DNA of 64,000 nucleotides from Candidatus Iainarchaeum sp. (GTDB taxonomy: Archaea > Micrarchaeota > Micrarchaeia > Burarchaeales > Fermentimicrarchaeaceae), in assembly GCA_028714235.1 (NCBI GenBank), contig JAQTMQ010000003.1, positions 1,306-65,305 of the forward strand, written 5' to 3'. Below the pieces are notes generated by a model. That model did no database searches, was not told where the DNA came from, and worked only from the letters and a program-made list of their open reading frames with translations. Shown piece by piece: positions 10,601 to 17,899 of this stretch. Numbering within the stretch: the stretch's first letter is position 1; each line of letters begins with the position of its first letter. A program made the translations under genes and the position numbers.

Positions 10601-11189
10601 TTGCCGCGGTGATGGTGTTGCCCGTGATTGTGGCCGTGTTCGACCCCGTGAAATCCACGTCGCACGAGTCCACGGGATACATGTTCCCGCACCACAGGGT
10701 GTCCTCGAAAACGTAGCCGTTGGAGCAGGTGCTCGAGCGCTCCACTATGATTCCCGTGTCCGACCCGCTTATCGTGTTGTCCCGGACGGTTATCGCCTGG
10801 CCTGCCACGACGACCGGCCGGCCGCCGTAGCCGTCGCAATAGCTGAAGCGCAGGTAAATTCCCGTGTCGAAGCCCTCGAAGCCGCAGTTCTGGATGGTGG
10901 CGCCGTTTGCCTGCCCCAGGATGACTCCCGTGCCCCCGCGGCTGCTTACGAGCTTGTAGCCGCGGCAGTCAAGCGTCACGCCGTTCAGGACGCCGGGGCT
11001 CCCGGTTATCGTCAGGCACGCGCCGCCGCTTGACGTGATGTCGTGGGTCAGGTAATGCTCCCCGGGCTGCGTTATCACCCCGCAGGATGTTATCTCCATG
11101 GCGGCCGCGGTCTGGGATGCGGCGAGGACGAGGAGGAAAAGCTTCGCGGCTGCGCAAAACCCACGCTGCGAAAACGCGCGACGGTTCAT
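4620..11189 (-). CDS. giant secreted surface protein (2189 aa) with N-terminal Sec signal peptide, right-handed beta-helix-like repeats, NHL/beta-propeller-like repeats, Cys-rich stretches and dense N-glycosylation sequons
   Basis: ORF track. N-terminus MNRRAFSQRGFCAAAKLFLLVLAASQTAAA is a signal peptide. Repeats such as NCGFEGFDTGIYL / VRDNTISGSDTGIIV (pectin-lyase-fold-like) and GNFYVADSKGGSLYYF / YHPFGVAIDSYNRIFVVG (NHL-like). No non-overlapping alternative frame. TATA-like CTTATTAATTT at 11213-11223 upstream. Confidence 0.7.
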   Translation of the reverse strand: MNRRAFSQRGFCAAAKLFLLVLAASQTAAAMEITSCGVITQPGEHYLTHDITSSGGACLTITGSPGVLNGVTLDCRGYKLVSSRGGTGVILGQANGATIQNCGFEGFDTGIYLRFSYCDGYGGRPVVVAGQAITVRDNTISGSDTGIIVERSSTCSNGYVFEDTLWCGNMYPVDSCDVDFTGSNTATITGNTITAASCYSVRDPCDVNGFPKWCPPELFDPPNPYLCMYQGTAETCHSYDEMANYGNTCNGGTGSGAPPPPLGELEIPACGDEIKPVPVPQLPSEECTQLEVCNNAGDYKIEGDTTPIPYCTPAYSQPPDYSCACPGHCDCGESCLDCNIGYVPPAVNYANNELPIVEGQGRDYPGSDVDKGICWNKPIDAEINDTDVASFFYVDSGISKVGVWPTFIRYRDDTDILGNPIRLPDAYCANVTVCGQLTKPFRLTVTRWEPQPIDYSETNNPEVTPAQCGTSCFDGDDPETCPGCQCPVPKAYVCGKVAGSTTNVDYWAVESQAPVCDCSGDYCEGQIDSFMTDPDCDPGQGDICSYYTGPYDTACCYGTTYYSHYTIGFPDSPKNVIPADPEFQELCAYGGIPRGHEPCAPGYVCTPDVDFGEGSNSSLFLDYYVSYAKNARTPYVYRALDDFDRDSGIVDSEKLYNVTVNVSDIYHQWPYDVERVPLELLPGFATWSQAIFGGVPDPPYADARICTEMGNNASCPAYDIAPGGANPVEQNNYRDPRLNNFFRGQVKVKQVIEYFYNRKNESDLRNITVDGSPGGALRYLSPEECTVEGLRYNSTAPAPGLCPPPNRLSAWPCCEEDPAGTMLDEARCFCTWTFNDCDRGNHTFRLVAYEDIYVGDQVAAQDNAAGNLFPGIRRVNKIYNYFYVSGREEYNSSVNVTVRHNTTEMTMRVIIPPAAVASTATNFPGNVTVLNKYFDLDENYTKYAYIWAVPSDPVADGGAPYQFNVTYAKNKSRCEVFNLVDPLRTDFTCDHQKTEAMKSIQEQTGFPDTYCCNIENGTMAFNMSISRPGDFEVTATNQTFGQVGVQPATGYAAITITAEPKNITLTLPPKTLKNVEFAARAYVSDAAGKALKGYAYTVSIHFEDENHNTVGYAYARLPGGERSSSISCPVDPALGYCEFLVNATQNGILLVNGTCDGCDLASGENATLVLNTNCYDGTVNPPANKTEENVTVANPDGSEVLYYPDVNAVDAANNAAGDRLIGWDGQRMYGNDDVCAVGYSEIPVKWCVVDDPAAGELQGTGQFDGEAGILCVKGFTYTPQIDGEISDHLNFNGSDVSDDYMRATFRYPRIVWGWGVSAMGKNGNPLGSELDSLYAITPVYFNLSVELNANISLSSFNMTNDTVMPGSGSGPLNPFEIKGPSAMLTLDKEGYISRYDYPYDFSASGYPGKRFETYPQPGIDDVFRKNPQGMAEDKRGNFYVADSKGGSLYYFKLARQDSGNVIKLIGRVPEQGSLYANAERNTRTTSTGELADPFSVDYTGPYHPFGVAIDSYNRIFVVGLTEPDNVNCDPLGLTCGKVVIQILNPDWSVNTSYARNAPSIIGYSNFNPEQGSHYIRDRADIAVAGDGSEIYIVYGTDSLMMLRFDGEVISSFQNIPLYMPCRQLGSGCWDSNIAGSPPLNYGEGYCYWAAPAWMSGANQPTFSESVGGLKPLFLDSNLECGANNCDSSGICLNPYVEIGEGFVSFFSPAVKPFGEGKGVCVDDKYLFTPERDGPNTADDIIGQTAGLVSFRRYHQGVAVAYKDGYIFVVDRFTFERREGFGRPGLTQRCDWAKTGGCLGCTSVDLFAFTFRQLSYGEAIFGEGDAQGSASCNYCGDDKTKYKRTENWVRVYYEDEYGNVKPAMHLVIKKSVYTGDYSTISGEGFSAVTDALWGGMTASGTGLEEKGGMGWDFSVGGAFGIVEKLDITDDDNARVDGIDVYGGSGNYDIYLPVRDSEKTKPDWEGVWRVKVTGLQVSEDFKDVQGSVSAAKQLVGKITDPDLRGPTDVLVYEDVLRKNLPYGVYCEGCPDRAGIPMSVCRRQQAVAGSSIAAGRSASAGLSATIPNVTRKYFAQFYVDTVVEGAVNISYNGGKIWGIAHGVAPVLHALYEGGTFKLAFQTPYRSEKEACVRDSQCQSGAVCIGGACAPEVYPSLEYAAYSSRLFTKHFVALDNVNGSSKSLMVNSSFRYN

Positions 11190-11212
11190 GCCACAACCTT
11201 TGCATTCCGCTG

Positions 11213-11223
11213 CTTATTAATTT
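11213..11223 (-). promoter_or_regulatory. TATA-box-like element about 25-30 nt upstream of the giant surface-protein start (leaderless-type spacing)
   Basis: AT-rich AAATTAATAAG (minus strand) in otherwise 65 % GC DNA; position relative to the ATG at 11187-11189. Confidence 0.35.
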
Positions 11224-11329
11224 GCCGTGGGAAATCCGGGGTTTCCGCGGCCCGGGAAGCCCGCGCCATTGAGCGCTGTTGCCGCTGCCGTGCTGCTCTT
11301 AGTAATAATATAGTGCGGCGCGGCCCGCC

Positions 11330-13702
11330 CTAGCTTGCGCGGCCGATTATGGCGTTGAGGGTTCCGAGCGTGATGAACTGGATGCGGCCGATGTCGGACT
11401 CCATCTTTATCGTGACCGCGAGGCTCGTCGCCGATGTGGCGAGCCTGCGCTCGAACTCGTCGAGCTCCTCGCGGCTTGCGAACACGACGTAGGTCATGCC
11501 CTTCGCCGCGGTCCTTGACGCGCGCGCGATTGACTCGTCGCCCTCGTATATGTGGACGAAGATGTTTTCGCCGCGGTAGTTGGCGAGCACGTCGGCGTCC
11601 TGCCTTTGGCCGACTTCGGTGAAGAGGATGGCGTTGTTTATGAAGAAGTTGCGCATTTCGCGGAACATGGCGAGGTAGCGCGGGGTTTTTCCCGACTGCT
11701 TGAGCCATGAGGCGAGCCCGTAGGCGCCGCCTTCCTTGAAGACCTGGCCGGTTTCCGCGAGCTTGGAGAGGAGCTTGTCCAGGTTGTAGTCGCTTATGAG
11801 CACGGGCTTGCCCTGGTACTTTATTTTCCGTTTCACGCCCGTCTTTATCTCGCCGATTGTCAGCGGCATGTACTTCCAGCGGTAGTCCGCGTTCATGGAG
11901 TCGAGGAGGTTGATGAGCGAGTACTTGGATATCATGACGCGCTCCTTTCTCTGCGGCGGAAAGTCGGGGACGTCGATGAAGTACCTTTCGGGCTCGGAGC
12001 GCTGGAGCGCGATGCCCAGGATGAAGATGATTAGCGTGGCGCCGATTATGACCTGGTTTTTCGTGTCGTCGAAGAACGTCGTGGGGCGCGAGCGCGCGTC
12101 GCTGAGCGTGAGCATCCTCCCGGTCGTGTTGAAGGCGAAGGTGTGGTTGCCCACGCCCGGGGACGAGGCGGGCGCGACAGCGAACGCCCCTGAGGCGTCG
12201 GTGGTCGCCGCCATCGGGGGGCCGCCGTCTATCGAGACCATGACCGGCGTGTCCGTGACCGGGACGCCGTCGGTGGCGAGCCTGAACGCGAACCTCGGCG
12301 TGTCGTAGTCCATGCTGATTTTTTCAACCGTGGCCACGGGCACGTGGAGGTATGACTGGGCGTACACCGTTCCCGACGGGTCGGCGAGGCGCAGGATGTA
12401 GTCTCCGTCAGTGAGGTTCACTACGTACTGTTTGGTGGATTCGAAGCCGTCCGAGTATTTCGCGGATATGAACGGCTGCTCCTGCACCTGCCGCCCGTCC
12501 TTGTGCGCCACCAGGTTGAAGTACAGCGTCTGCCCACCGCTGCTCCCGCTGATTTGCAGGGCGACGTTTATGCTCGAGCCGTTGACCCCGCGGAACGGGT
12601 TGAGCATGTGGCCGGACACCGTGCGGCGCACGCCGCTTATTTCCGTGAAGCTGTTCACCGTCCTGTTTTCGCCGGGGCCGCTCCACATGGTCGCCGACTC
12701 GTAAACCCGGATGTAGTTGCCGGCGCTTTGGGCGGGGACGCCGTTGATGAACAGGGAGTCTGTGGCCGAGCCGTCCGGCTGCGCGAGCGAAACCGTCTTG
12801 TTGGCGGTCGCGGTGGGCTGCTCCCATTCCACGCGGTAGAGCAGCTCGGCGACGTCCCCTGCCGCGAGCGCGGGGCCGGTGTGCCAGTCGCCCCAGCCGA
12901 CTTCAAGCGTGTTGGGGAATACGATTAGGTAGCCGCTGCCTATCTTCTGCCACGAAAGCGAGTTGTACTTGAACGAGCTGTTCAAGCCCGCGAGCATGAA
13001 CGTGCTCTGCCTGAGGCGGTACGGGGGAATCGCCGGCTGGCTGCTTCCGACCGGGGCGTAGCTTATGTTGAACTTGGCCGCGAGCGCCGCCGGGTCCTGG
13101 TTCGTTATCGTCTCGTCGCGGCCAATCGTTTGCCCGAAGTCGCTTCCCACGTATACGACTACGCACCCGAGGCCGAGGAGCCTGCCGATGCTCGCCATGC
13201 TGGAATCGTCGAAAAACTCGCTCGGCATCCTTCCGGTCGGCACGATTATTATCGCTTTCTGGGTGGAGTTGGTGAACCTCGCGAGCTGCGGGATTTGGAT
13301 TGTGTTGAGCAGCTGGTCCTCGCGGAGGAGGCCGCGCCCCCTGAGCGCCTGCTCGAGGTCCGCGTAGAAGCCGTCCCGGTCCACGTCGTTCTGGCCGGCC
13401 CACGGGTGCTCGAGCACGTAGATGTCGTTCGGGACCGGCTGGGGGTATTGCTTTGCCTGGAGGGTGATTTCCGAAACGTCGCTTGAATTCACCGCGAAAA
13501 GCAGGTAAACCGAGCTGTAGCCGGGCGTTGAGCCGTAGTCGAGTATCTGGGCGTCGGTGAAGTGCAGGCTGTAGCCGGGGTTGTATTCGTGCGGCGCCTG
13601 GGGCGCGCCCGCCTCCATCATTGACTGCCAGTAGTAGTAGGCGAGCGCGGACGCGAGCACTATCACCATCAGCGACGCGATGAGGATTTTCCGGAGGTTC
13701 AT
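11330..13702 (-). CDS. hypothetical two-domain membrane protein (790 aa): N-terminal signal-anchor, about 500-aa extracytoplasmic region, internal TM helix (VIIGATLIIFILGIAL), about 230-aa C-terminal cytoplasmic domain
   Basis: ORF track. Hydrophobicity pattern read from the sequence. Protein-like composition, in contrast to the Arg-rich overlapping frames. Confidence 0.55.
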   Translation of the reverse strand: MNLRKILIASLMVIVLASALAYYYWQSMMEAGAPQAPHEYNPGYSLHFTDAQILDYGSTPGYSSVYLLFAVNSSDVSEITLQAKQYPQPVPNDIYVLEHPWAGQNDVDRDGFYADLEQALRGRGLLREDQLLNTIQIPQLARFTNSTQKAIIIVPTGRMPSEFFDDSSMASIGRLLGLGCVVVYVGSDFGQTIGRDETITNQDPAALAAKFNISYAPVGSSQPAIPPYRLRQSTFMLAGLNSSFKYNSLSWQKIGSGYLIVFPNTLEVGWGDWHTGPALAAGDVAELLYRVEWEQPTATANKTVSLAQPDGSATDSLFINGVPAQSAGNYIRVYESATMWSGPGENRTVNSFTEISGVRRTVSGHMLNPFRGVNGSSINVALQISGSSGGQTLYFNLVAHKDGRQVQEQPFISAKYSDGFESTKQYVVNLTDGDYILRLADPSGTVYAQSYLHVPVATVEKISMDYDTPRFAFRLATDGVPVTDTPVMVSIDGGPPMAATTDASGAFAVAPASSPGVGNHTFAFNTTGRMLTLSDARSRPTTFFDDTKNQVIIGATLIIFILGIALQRSEPERYFIDVPDFPPQRKERVMISKYSLINLLDSMNADYRWKYMPLTIGEIKTGVKRKIKYQGKPVLISDYNLDKLLSKLAETGQVFKEGGAYGLASWLKQSGKTPRYLAMFREMRNFFINNAILFTEVGQRQDADVLANYRGENIFVHIYEGDESIARASRTAAKGMTYVVFASREELDEFERRLATSATSLAVTIKMESDIGRIQFITLGTLNAIIGRAS

Positions 13703-13707
13703 TCAAA

Positions 13708-13965
13708 TCATTGCCCTCTTTTGCCGGTGAGGCGGGAGATGAGCGGCGAAAGGATTTTGAGGACCGGGTTCGGGACGGGCTCTGCGACGCGCTTTTTTAT
13801 CGCGTACTGCCGCGTGTGCTCGAACCGTTTCTTCACGCGTAGCAGGAGCACGTTTTTCTCGGCCGTGTACTTGAGCGCGGCTGCCCCGATTTTGGCTATT
13901 TCCCGCTGCACGTCGGCCGCGCCGCTTCCCCCCTTCCCGGATTCCGCCCCGCTTTCGCCCATCAT
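13708..13965 (-). CDS. small hypothetical protein (85 aa), Lys-rich
   Basis: ORF track. Overlaps the upstream 260-aa gene by 4 nt (13962-13965), suggesting translational coupling. Confidence 0.3.
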   Translation of the reverse strand: MMGESGAESGKGGSGAADVQREIAKIGAAALKYTAEKNVLLLRVKKRFEHTRQYAIKKRVAEPVPNPVLKILSPLISRLTGKRGQ

Positions 13966-14744
13966 CTCAACTCGAGGTAGCCGCCCAAAACCATTTTGTT
14001 GAGTATGGCTTCCACGCGCGACTCAACCACGTTGTACTGCTTCGAGAACTCGGGGATGCTTATCTCGTTCCTGTGCACGTCAAGCCAGTCCTGCAGCTTC
14101 ACCATCAGGGTTTCGTCGCTGTAGGCCTCGAGCTCCTTCACGCGCAGGGTTAGCTCGTCGTTCTCGGAGCGCGCCTCGATGAGGTCCTTGCTCATCTTCG
14201 AGTGCTGGGCCTCGAGGAGCTCCGTCTTCTTCTTGAGCTCCGAGAACCCGCGGAGCGCTTCGTCGTATTTCGCGAAGATGGTGTTGTAGTCCGAGGAAGC
14301 GAACTCTGCTATGTCCTTGAGCACGGACTGGAGGAGCTGGTACAGCTGCTTCTGGTCGGCCTCGCATGCGCCGTCGAGCTGCGTGAGGAGGTTGAGGAGG
14401 TGGCGGCACACCTCGATTTTCCGCTTCCTCGCGCTCGCGCCCGGGATGACCGAGTAGGCGACCTCAATCGAGGAGGGCCGCAGGTAGGTGATTGAGAAAA
14501 GGTATGGGCTCCGCTTTATGTCCCTGCTTTCGACGTTGAGCACCGCTACGGTGTCGCCGTCGACCGAAACCTTCAGGAACGAGCTTGCCGAAAGGATGCG
14601 CGAGATTTCGGCCGGCTCCTTCGACCGCGTTGCCGAAAGCGCGAAGCCGTCAACTGCCGGCTCCGCTTTCGCTTCCTCCTGCGGCTTCTGCTGCGCGGCC
14701 TCCTGCCCGGAGGGCTGTGCTGGCGTGGCGGGTATCTGCATCAC
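13962..14744 (-). CDS. coiled-coil protein with C-terminal helix-turn-helix-like segment (ISIPEFSKQYNVVESRVEAILNKMVLGGYLE); candidate regulator or accessory protein of the island
   Basis: ORF track. Heptad-like Glu/Lys/Leu-rich central region. C-terminal wHTH-like pattern. TATA-like TATTTAATTT at 14775-14784 upstream. Confidence 0.5.
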   Translation of the reverse strand: MMQIPATPAQPSGQEAAQQKPQEEAKAEPAVDGFALSATRSKEPAEISRILSASSFLKVSVDGDTVAVLNVESRDIKRSPYLFSITYLRPSSIEVAYSVIPGASARKRKIEVCRHLLNLLTQLDGACEADQKQLYQLLQSVLKDIAEFASSDYNTIFAKYDEALRGFSELKKKTELLEAQHSKMSKDLIEARSENDELTLRVKELEAYSDETLMVKLQDWLDVHRNEISIPEFSKQYNVVESRVEAILNKMVLGGYLELR

Positions 14745-14795
14745 CTCAAACGTTTCCGGTCCCTGCTGCGGTAGTATTTAATTTCCCGCCGCTTT

Positions 14796-15179
14796 TTATG
14801 CCTTCGTTCCGGCGGCCTTCCCGCTCTCTTCCCCCCTCTTCTCCGGCAGCTCCGCCTTCGGGTAGTAGTTGACGAGGGACAGCGCGAGGAGGAACGCTGC
14901 CGCGAGCGCCCCCGCGAGGATTGACGCCAGCGAACGCGACGAGTAGAGCACGAGGAAGAACATTGCGGCGGCGAGAAGCCCGTACCACATCAGGTATTTC
15001 TCGAACCGCGCGCGCTTCCCGCGCGCCGCCTCGACGTCGTCCTCGCAGACGACGAGCGAGTTTCCCGTGGCCCTGCCGAGGCGCTCCTTTGCCGCGCGAA
15101 TCGTGGAAAGCACGGGGTCCTCCTGGACTGGGTGGCCCGCCTTTTCCTTCCCGCACACGATGCAAACCGTTTTCGGCAT
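14796..15179 (-). CDS. small membrane protein with N-terminal CxxC zinc-ribbon-like motif (CIVCGK) and two C-terminal TM helices
   Basis: ORF track; hydrophobic segments LLAAAMFFLVLY and ILAGALAAAFLLALSLV. Confidence 0.4.
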   Translation of the reverse strand: MPKTVCIVCGKEKAGHPVQEDPVLSTIRAAKERLGRATGNSLVVCEDDVEAARGKRARFEKYLMWYGLLAAAMFFLVLYSSRSLASILAGALAAAFLLALSLVNYYPKAELPEKRGEESGKAAGTKA

Positions 15180-15188
15180 TGTAACAAC

Positions 15189-15488
15189 TCAATCGTAAAA
15201 CGCTATGTCCTGAACCCTTTCCTCGTCCATGCCCGCCTTCTTGAGGTCGGCGCGCGAGAAGACGGTGATGAGGACGGAGTCGTCGACGCCGCCCTCGCGG
15301 AGCATGGCGTAAACCCTGCCGCGCGGGACTCCGAGCCGCTCGACCGCCGCGACGAAGCTCACGATGTCCATGTGCCTGCTCCGCTTGTCGAACGCCGAGC
15401 AGACCTCCTCCGTCTGGTTGTCGGTGAGGCCGATGTCCCTCAGGCGCGACCGCAGCCCCACCTTCTCCATCGAAATCGCGTAGACCAC
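15189..15488 (-). CDS. hypothetical protein (99 aa)
   Basis: ORF track. Non-Arg-biased composition. Sits between the ATPase and the Zn-ribbon gene in the same orientation. Confidence 0.35.
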   Translation of the reverse strand: MVYAISMEKVGLRSRLRDIGLTDNQTEEVCSAFDKRSRHMDIVSFVAAVERLGVPRGRVYAMLREGGVDDSVLITVFSRADLKKAGMDEERVQDIAFYD

Positions 15489-15501
15489 GGCCGTGCCACC
15501 T

Positions 15502-17046
15502 TTAGGCGGTTCCCCCGCCCCTCATGAAGTCTATGCGCGAGAACAGGTCGATTATTATCGCGTCCTCTATGCCGATGCTCTTCAGGAACGACGTCGTGCT
15601 CGGCCGCGGCACGTTGTTTTCCTCGAGGTGGTTCACGAACGTGATGACGTCCATCGCCTTCTCGCCTTTCTCGAACTCGTTGAGCATCATGGTGACGGAC
15701 GTGTCCTCCACGCCGAATTCCACGAGCCGGTTCCGGAGCTCGCCGCGCTCGAAGGCGTACGACTTCGGGATGTCCGGGTTCTCGCGCGCCTCTGCGGACA
15801 GCACGGACTCTATCGACATGCGGTATTCCTGGAGCGGCTCCTCGCCGTGGACGCGCTCGAGCAGGAACGTTTCCGGGAACTCGGTCGTGGTCTGGAACGC
15901 CATGTTGACCGCGCACTGGCCCACCCCGAACTTGCCTATCTCGCCGCGCATGAACGGGCTGAAGTTGAGCGAGCCCTGGATGTAGTCGAGGAACTTCTCG
16001 AACTTCACGCGCAGGATGAAGGTCGTCCCGACGTTGGAGAAGATGGCCTCGTTTATGTCCGTCGGGTTCTGCGACGCGACGATGAGGCCGAACTGGTACT
16101 TCCTCCCTTCCCGCACAATCATGATTGCGTCCGAGCGGTCGTCCGAGGCGATTTTCCACGCCTCGTCGAGGACGACGAACACCTTCACGCCCTTCTGGGC
16201 CGACCAGCCCACCGCGCGCATGCGCTCCTTCAGGAACTGCAGGAAGAAGAGGCCTGCAAGGCCCCTTAGGACCTCGTCCGGCAGGCCGGAGAGGTCTATG
16301 TCCACGAGGCCCGCGGTCGTGAGCTCCCCGAGCTTCACGGTCGAAGGCTGCGCGAAGAAGTCGTTCCCCTTCCGCGTGAACTGCTTGACCCGGTAGATGG
16401 CGTTTTCGAGCTCGGCCGGGAACTCGTACGTGCCGGCCCGGAGGCGCTCCTCGAGGATGTTCACGACGTCCTTGAGCGTCGGGGGCCGGACCGCGTCCGG
16501 GGAGTTCTCGTCCGCCGGAGGCTCGTCGGGCCTGAAGCCGGCGCGCACGTACGCCTCCTCGATTGACTGCTCGGTGAGGCGCCTCTGCTCCGGGTACGAG
16601 CCGATGTCCGTGAGTATCTCGAGGGCGCGGATGATTTGCTTGACGCGGTCAATCGGCCGCATCCCGCCGAGGTCGAGCAGGTTGACGAAGTCGCCCTTGC
16701 CGAGCGAAATGATTCTTCCGCCGGTCTGCTTCACCCACGCCTTATATTCCCCCGCCCAGTCGATGATGATGGCGTTGCTGCCCCAGACGAAGGCGGCGCG
16801 GGAAAGGAACGTCTTCACGAAATACGATTTTCCCGCGCCCGTGATTCCGACGATGCAGATGTGCGGGTTCGTGAGCTGCATGAAGCTCCAGTTGAACGGA
16901 ATCTGGAACATCTTGGTGCGCCCCACGTAAATGGAGTTCGCGGGGTCGAGCATCAGGAATTCGGGCGGGGGCTCGGGCGGCCTCATGAACAGGGGCCTCC
17001 TCGACAGCTCCTTGCTCGTTATGCTCTGCGCTTTTATTCCCCCCAT
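15502..17046 (-). CDS. FtsK/HerA-superfamily ATPase of the VirB4/TraC/CedB/HerA type (DUF87-like), 514 aa
   Basis: Walker A GITGAGKS, Walker B VFVVLDEAW, followed by the IVASQNPTD (SQ) motif typical of VirB4/HerA-clade ATPases. ORF track. Confidence 0.75.
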   Translation of the reverse strand: MGGIKAQSITSKELSRRPLFMRPPEPPPEFLMLDPANSIYVGRTKMFQIPFNWSFMQLTNPHICIVGITGAGKSYFVKTFLSRAAFVWGSNAIIIDWAGEYKAWVKQTGGRIISLGKGDFVNLLDLGGMRPIDRVKQIIRALEILTDIGSYPEQRRLTEQSIEEAYVRAGFRPDEPPADENSPDAVRPPTLKDVVNILEERLRAGTYEFPAELENAIYRVKQFTRKGNDFFAQPSTVKLGELTTAGLVDIDLSGLPDEVLRGLAGLFFLQFLKERMRAVGWSAQKGVKVFVVLDEAWKIASDDRSDAIMIVREGRKYQFGLIVASQNPTDINEAIFSNVGTTFILRVKFEKFLDYIQGSLNFSPFMRGEIGKFGVGQCAVNMAFQTTTEFPETFLLERVHGEEPLQEYRMSIESVLSAEARENPDIPKSYAFERGELRNRLVEFGVEDTSVTMMLNEFEKGEKAMDVITFVNHLEENNVPRPSTTSFLKSIGIEDAIIIDLFSRIDFMRGGGTA

Positions 17047-17061
17047 CGGCTCACCAAAAAC

Positions 17062-17889
17062 TCAAAGGCTTGAGACGAAATCCGCCCGCTCCGGCGGGAT
17101 GTAGTGCTCCCATGTGAAGCAGCGCTTCATGTCCTCGCCGCGAAGCGGCTTGATTTCCACGTTGAGCGCGTTCGCGGCGGTGGAGCGGATTTCGCCGACC
17201 TGCCTGCGCGCGGCGGCGATTGCCGCTCCCTCGTTCGCGCCGATTCCCGTCGTCACCGCGTACTGCACGACGCCCATAGGCTTCTCGCCCTCGGCGAGGC
17301 GCTCGAGCATCGCGTTCGCGCGCTGGATTTCGCGCTCCCACTTGTCGAGCGTGAGCGCGTCCGGCTTCCCGCTTTCCCTTTCCTTGCCCAGCTTGTACGT
17401 GGCGGAATACCGCTTGTCCTCTATGCGCTCCCTGTACTTCGCGATGTCCTCGAGGTAGGCTATCAGGCAGAACTTGAACGGGAACTTTATCTGCGAAAGC
17501 GAGCGCTCCCAGAGGTCGACGTACGTCGAGGTCAGCGGCGCCTCCGCGTCGGCCGTGCTGGACTCGTAGAATTTCACCGCCATGTACATCGTCGCGTGGC
17601 AGGTCCCGCCGACGTCCTTGACGACCGCGTCCTGCGACGGCGGAATCCGGTAGCCGCCCCCTATTTCCTCGCTCACCTTGAGGAAGCCGGTGACGAGCGG
17701 CATCGCCATGTAGCCCATCATGAACGAGACGTAGACCGCGCCCACCCCGAGCGCGCCGAGCACCGAAAGCGCGATTGCCATCACGCCCCCGAAAAGGCTG
17801 AGGTTCAGGTAGACCACGCCGACCCCGAAGACCGTGCACGCTATCGCTGCGTACGCGGCGTTCTTTTCGTTCATCCTCAGGTCAACCAA
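17062..17889 (-). CDS. bitopic membrane protein P1 (two N-terminal TM helices plus about 190-aa soluble domain); paralogue of 17900..18691
   Basis: ORF track. Shared motifs with the neighbour (DAVVKDVGGTCHATMYMAVKFYESS vs DVVVKRVGDGYYATMFAAVRIFKSA; C-terminal ...LRGEDMKRCFTWEHY vs ...LTGDDLRRCVDWSYC). Confidence 0.5.
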   Translation of the reverse strand: MVDLRMNEKNAAYAAIACTVFGVGVVYLNLSLFGGVMAIALSVLGALGVGAVYVSFMMGYMAMPLVTGFLKVSEEIGGGYRIPPSQDAVVKDVGGTCHATMYMAVKFYESSTADAEAPLTSTYVDLWERSLSQIKFPFKFCLIAYLEDIAKYRERIEDKRYSATYKLGKERESGKPDALTLDKWEREIQRANAMLERLAEGEKPMGVVQYAVTTGIGANEGAAIAAARRQVGEIRSTAANALNVEIKPLRGEDMKRCFTWEHYIPPERADFVSSL

Positions 17890-17899
17890 GCGGAGTCAC

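Noticed and set aside
7869-11033. 1054-aa plus-strand ORF, and many other long ORFs (e.g. 2508..3302+, 5598..6227+, 6567..7127+, 7326..7817+) inside the giant-protein region
   Set aside because: Antisense to the 2189-aa gene. Extremely Arg/Ala/Val/Gly-rich low-complexity translations typical of open antisense frames in 65 % GC DNA, with no start context or motifs.
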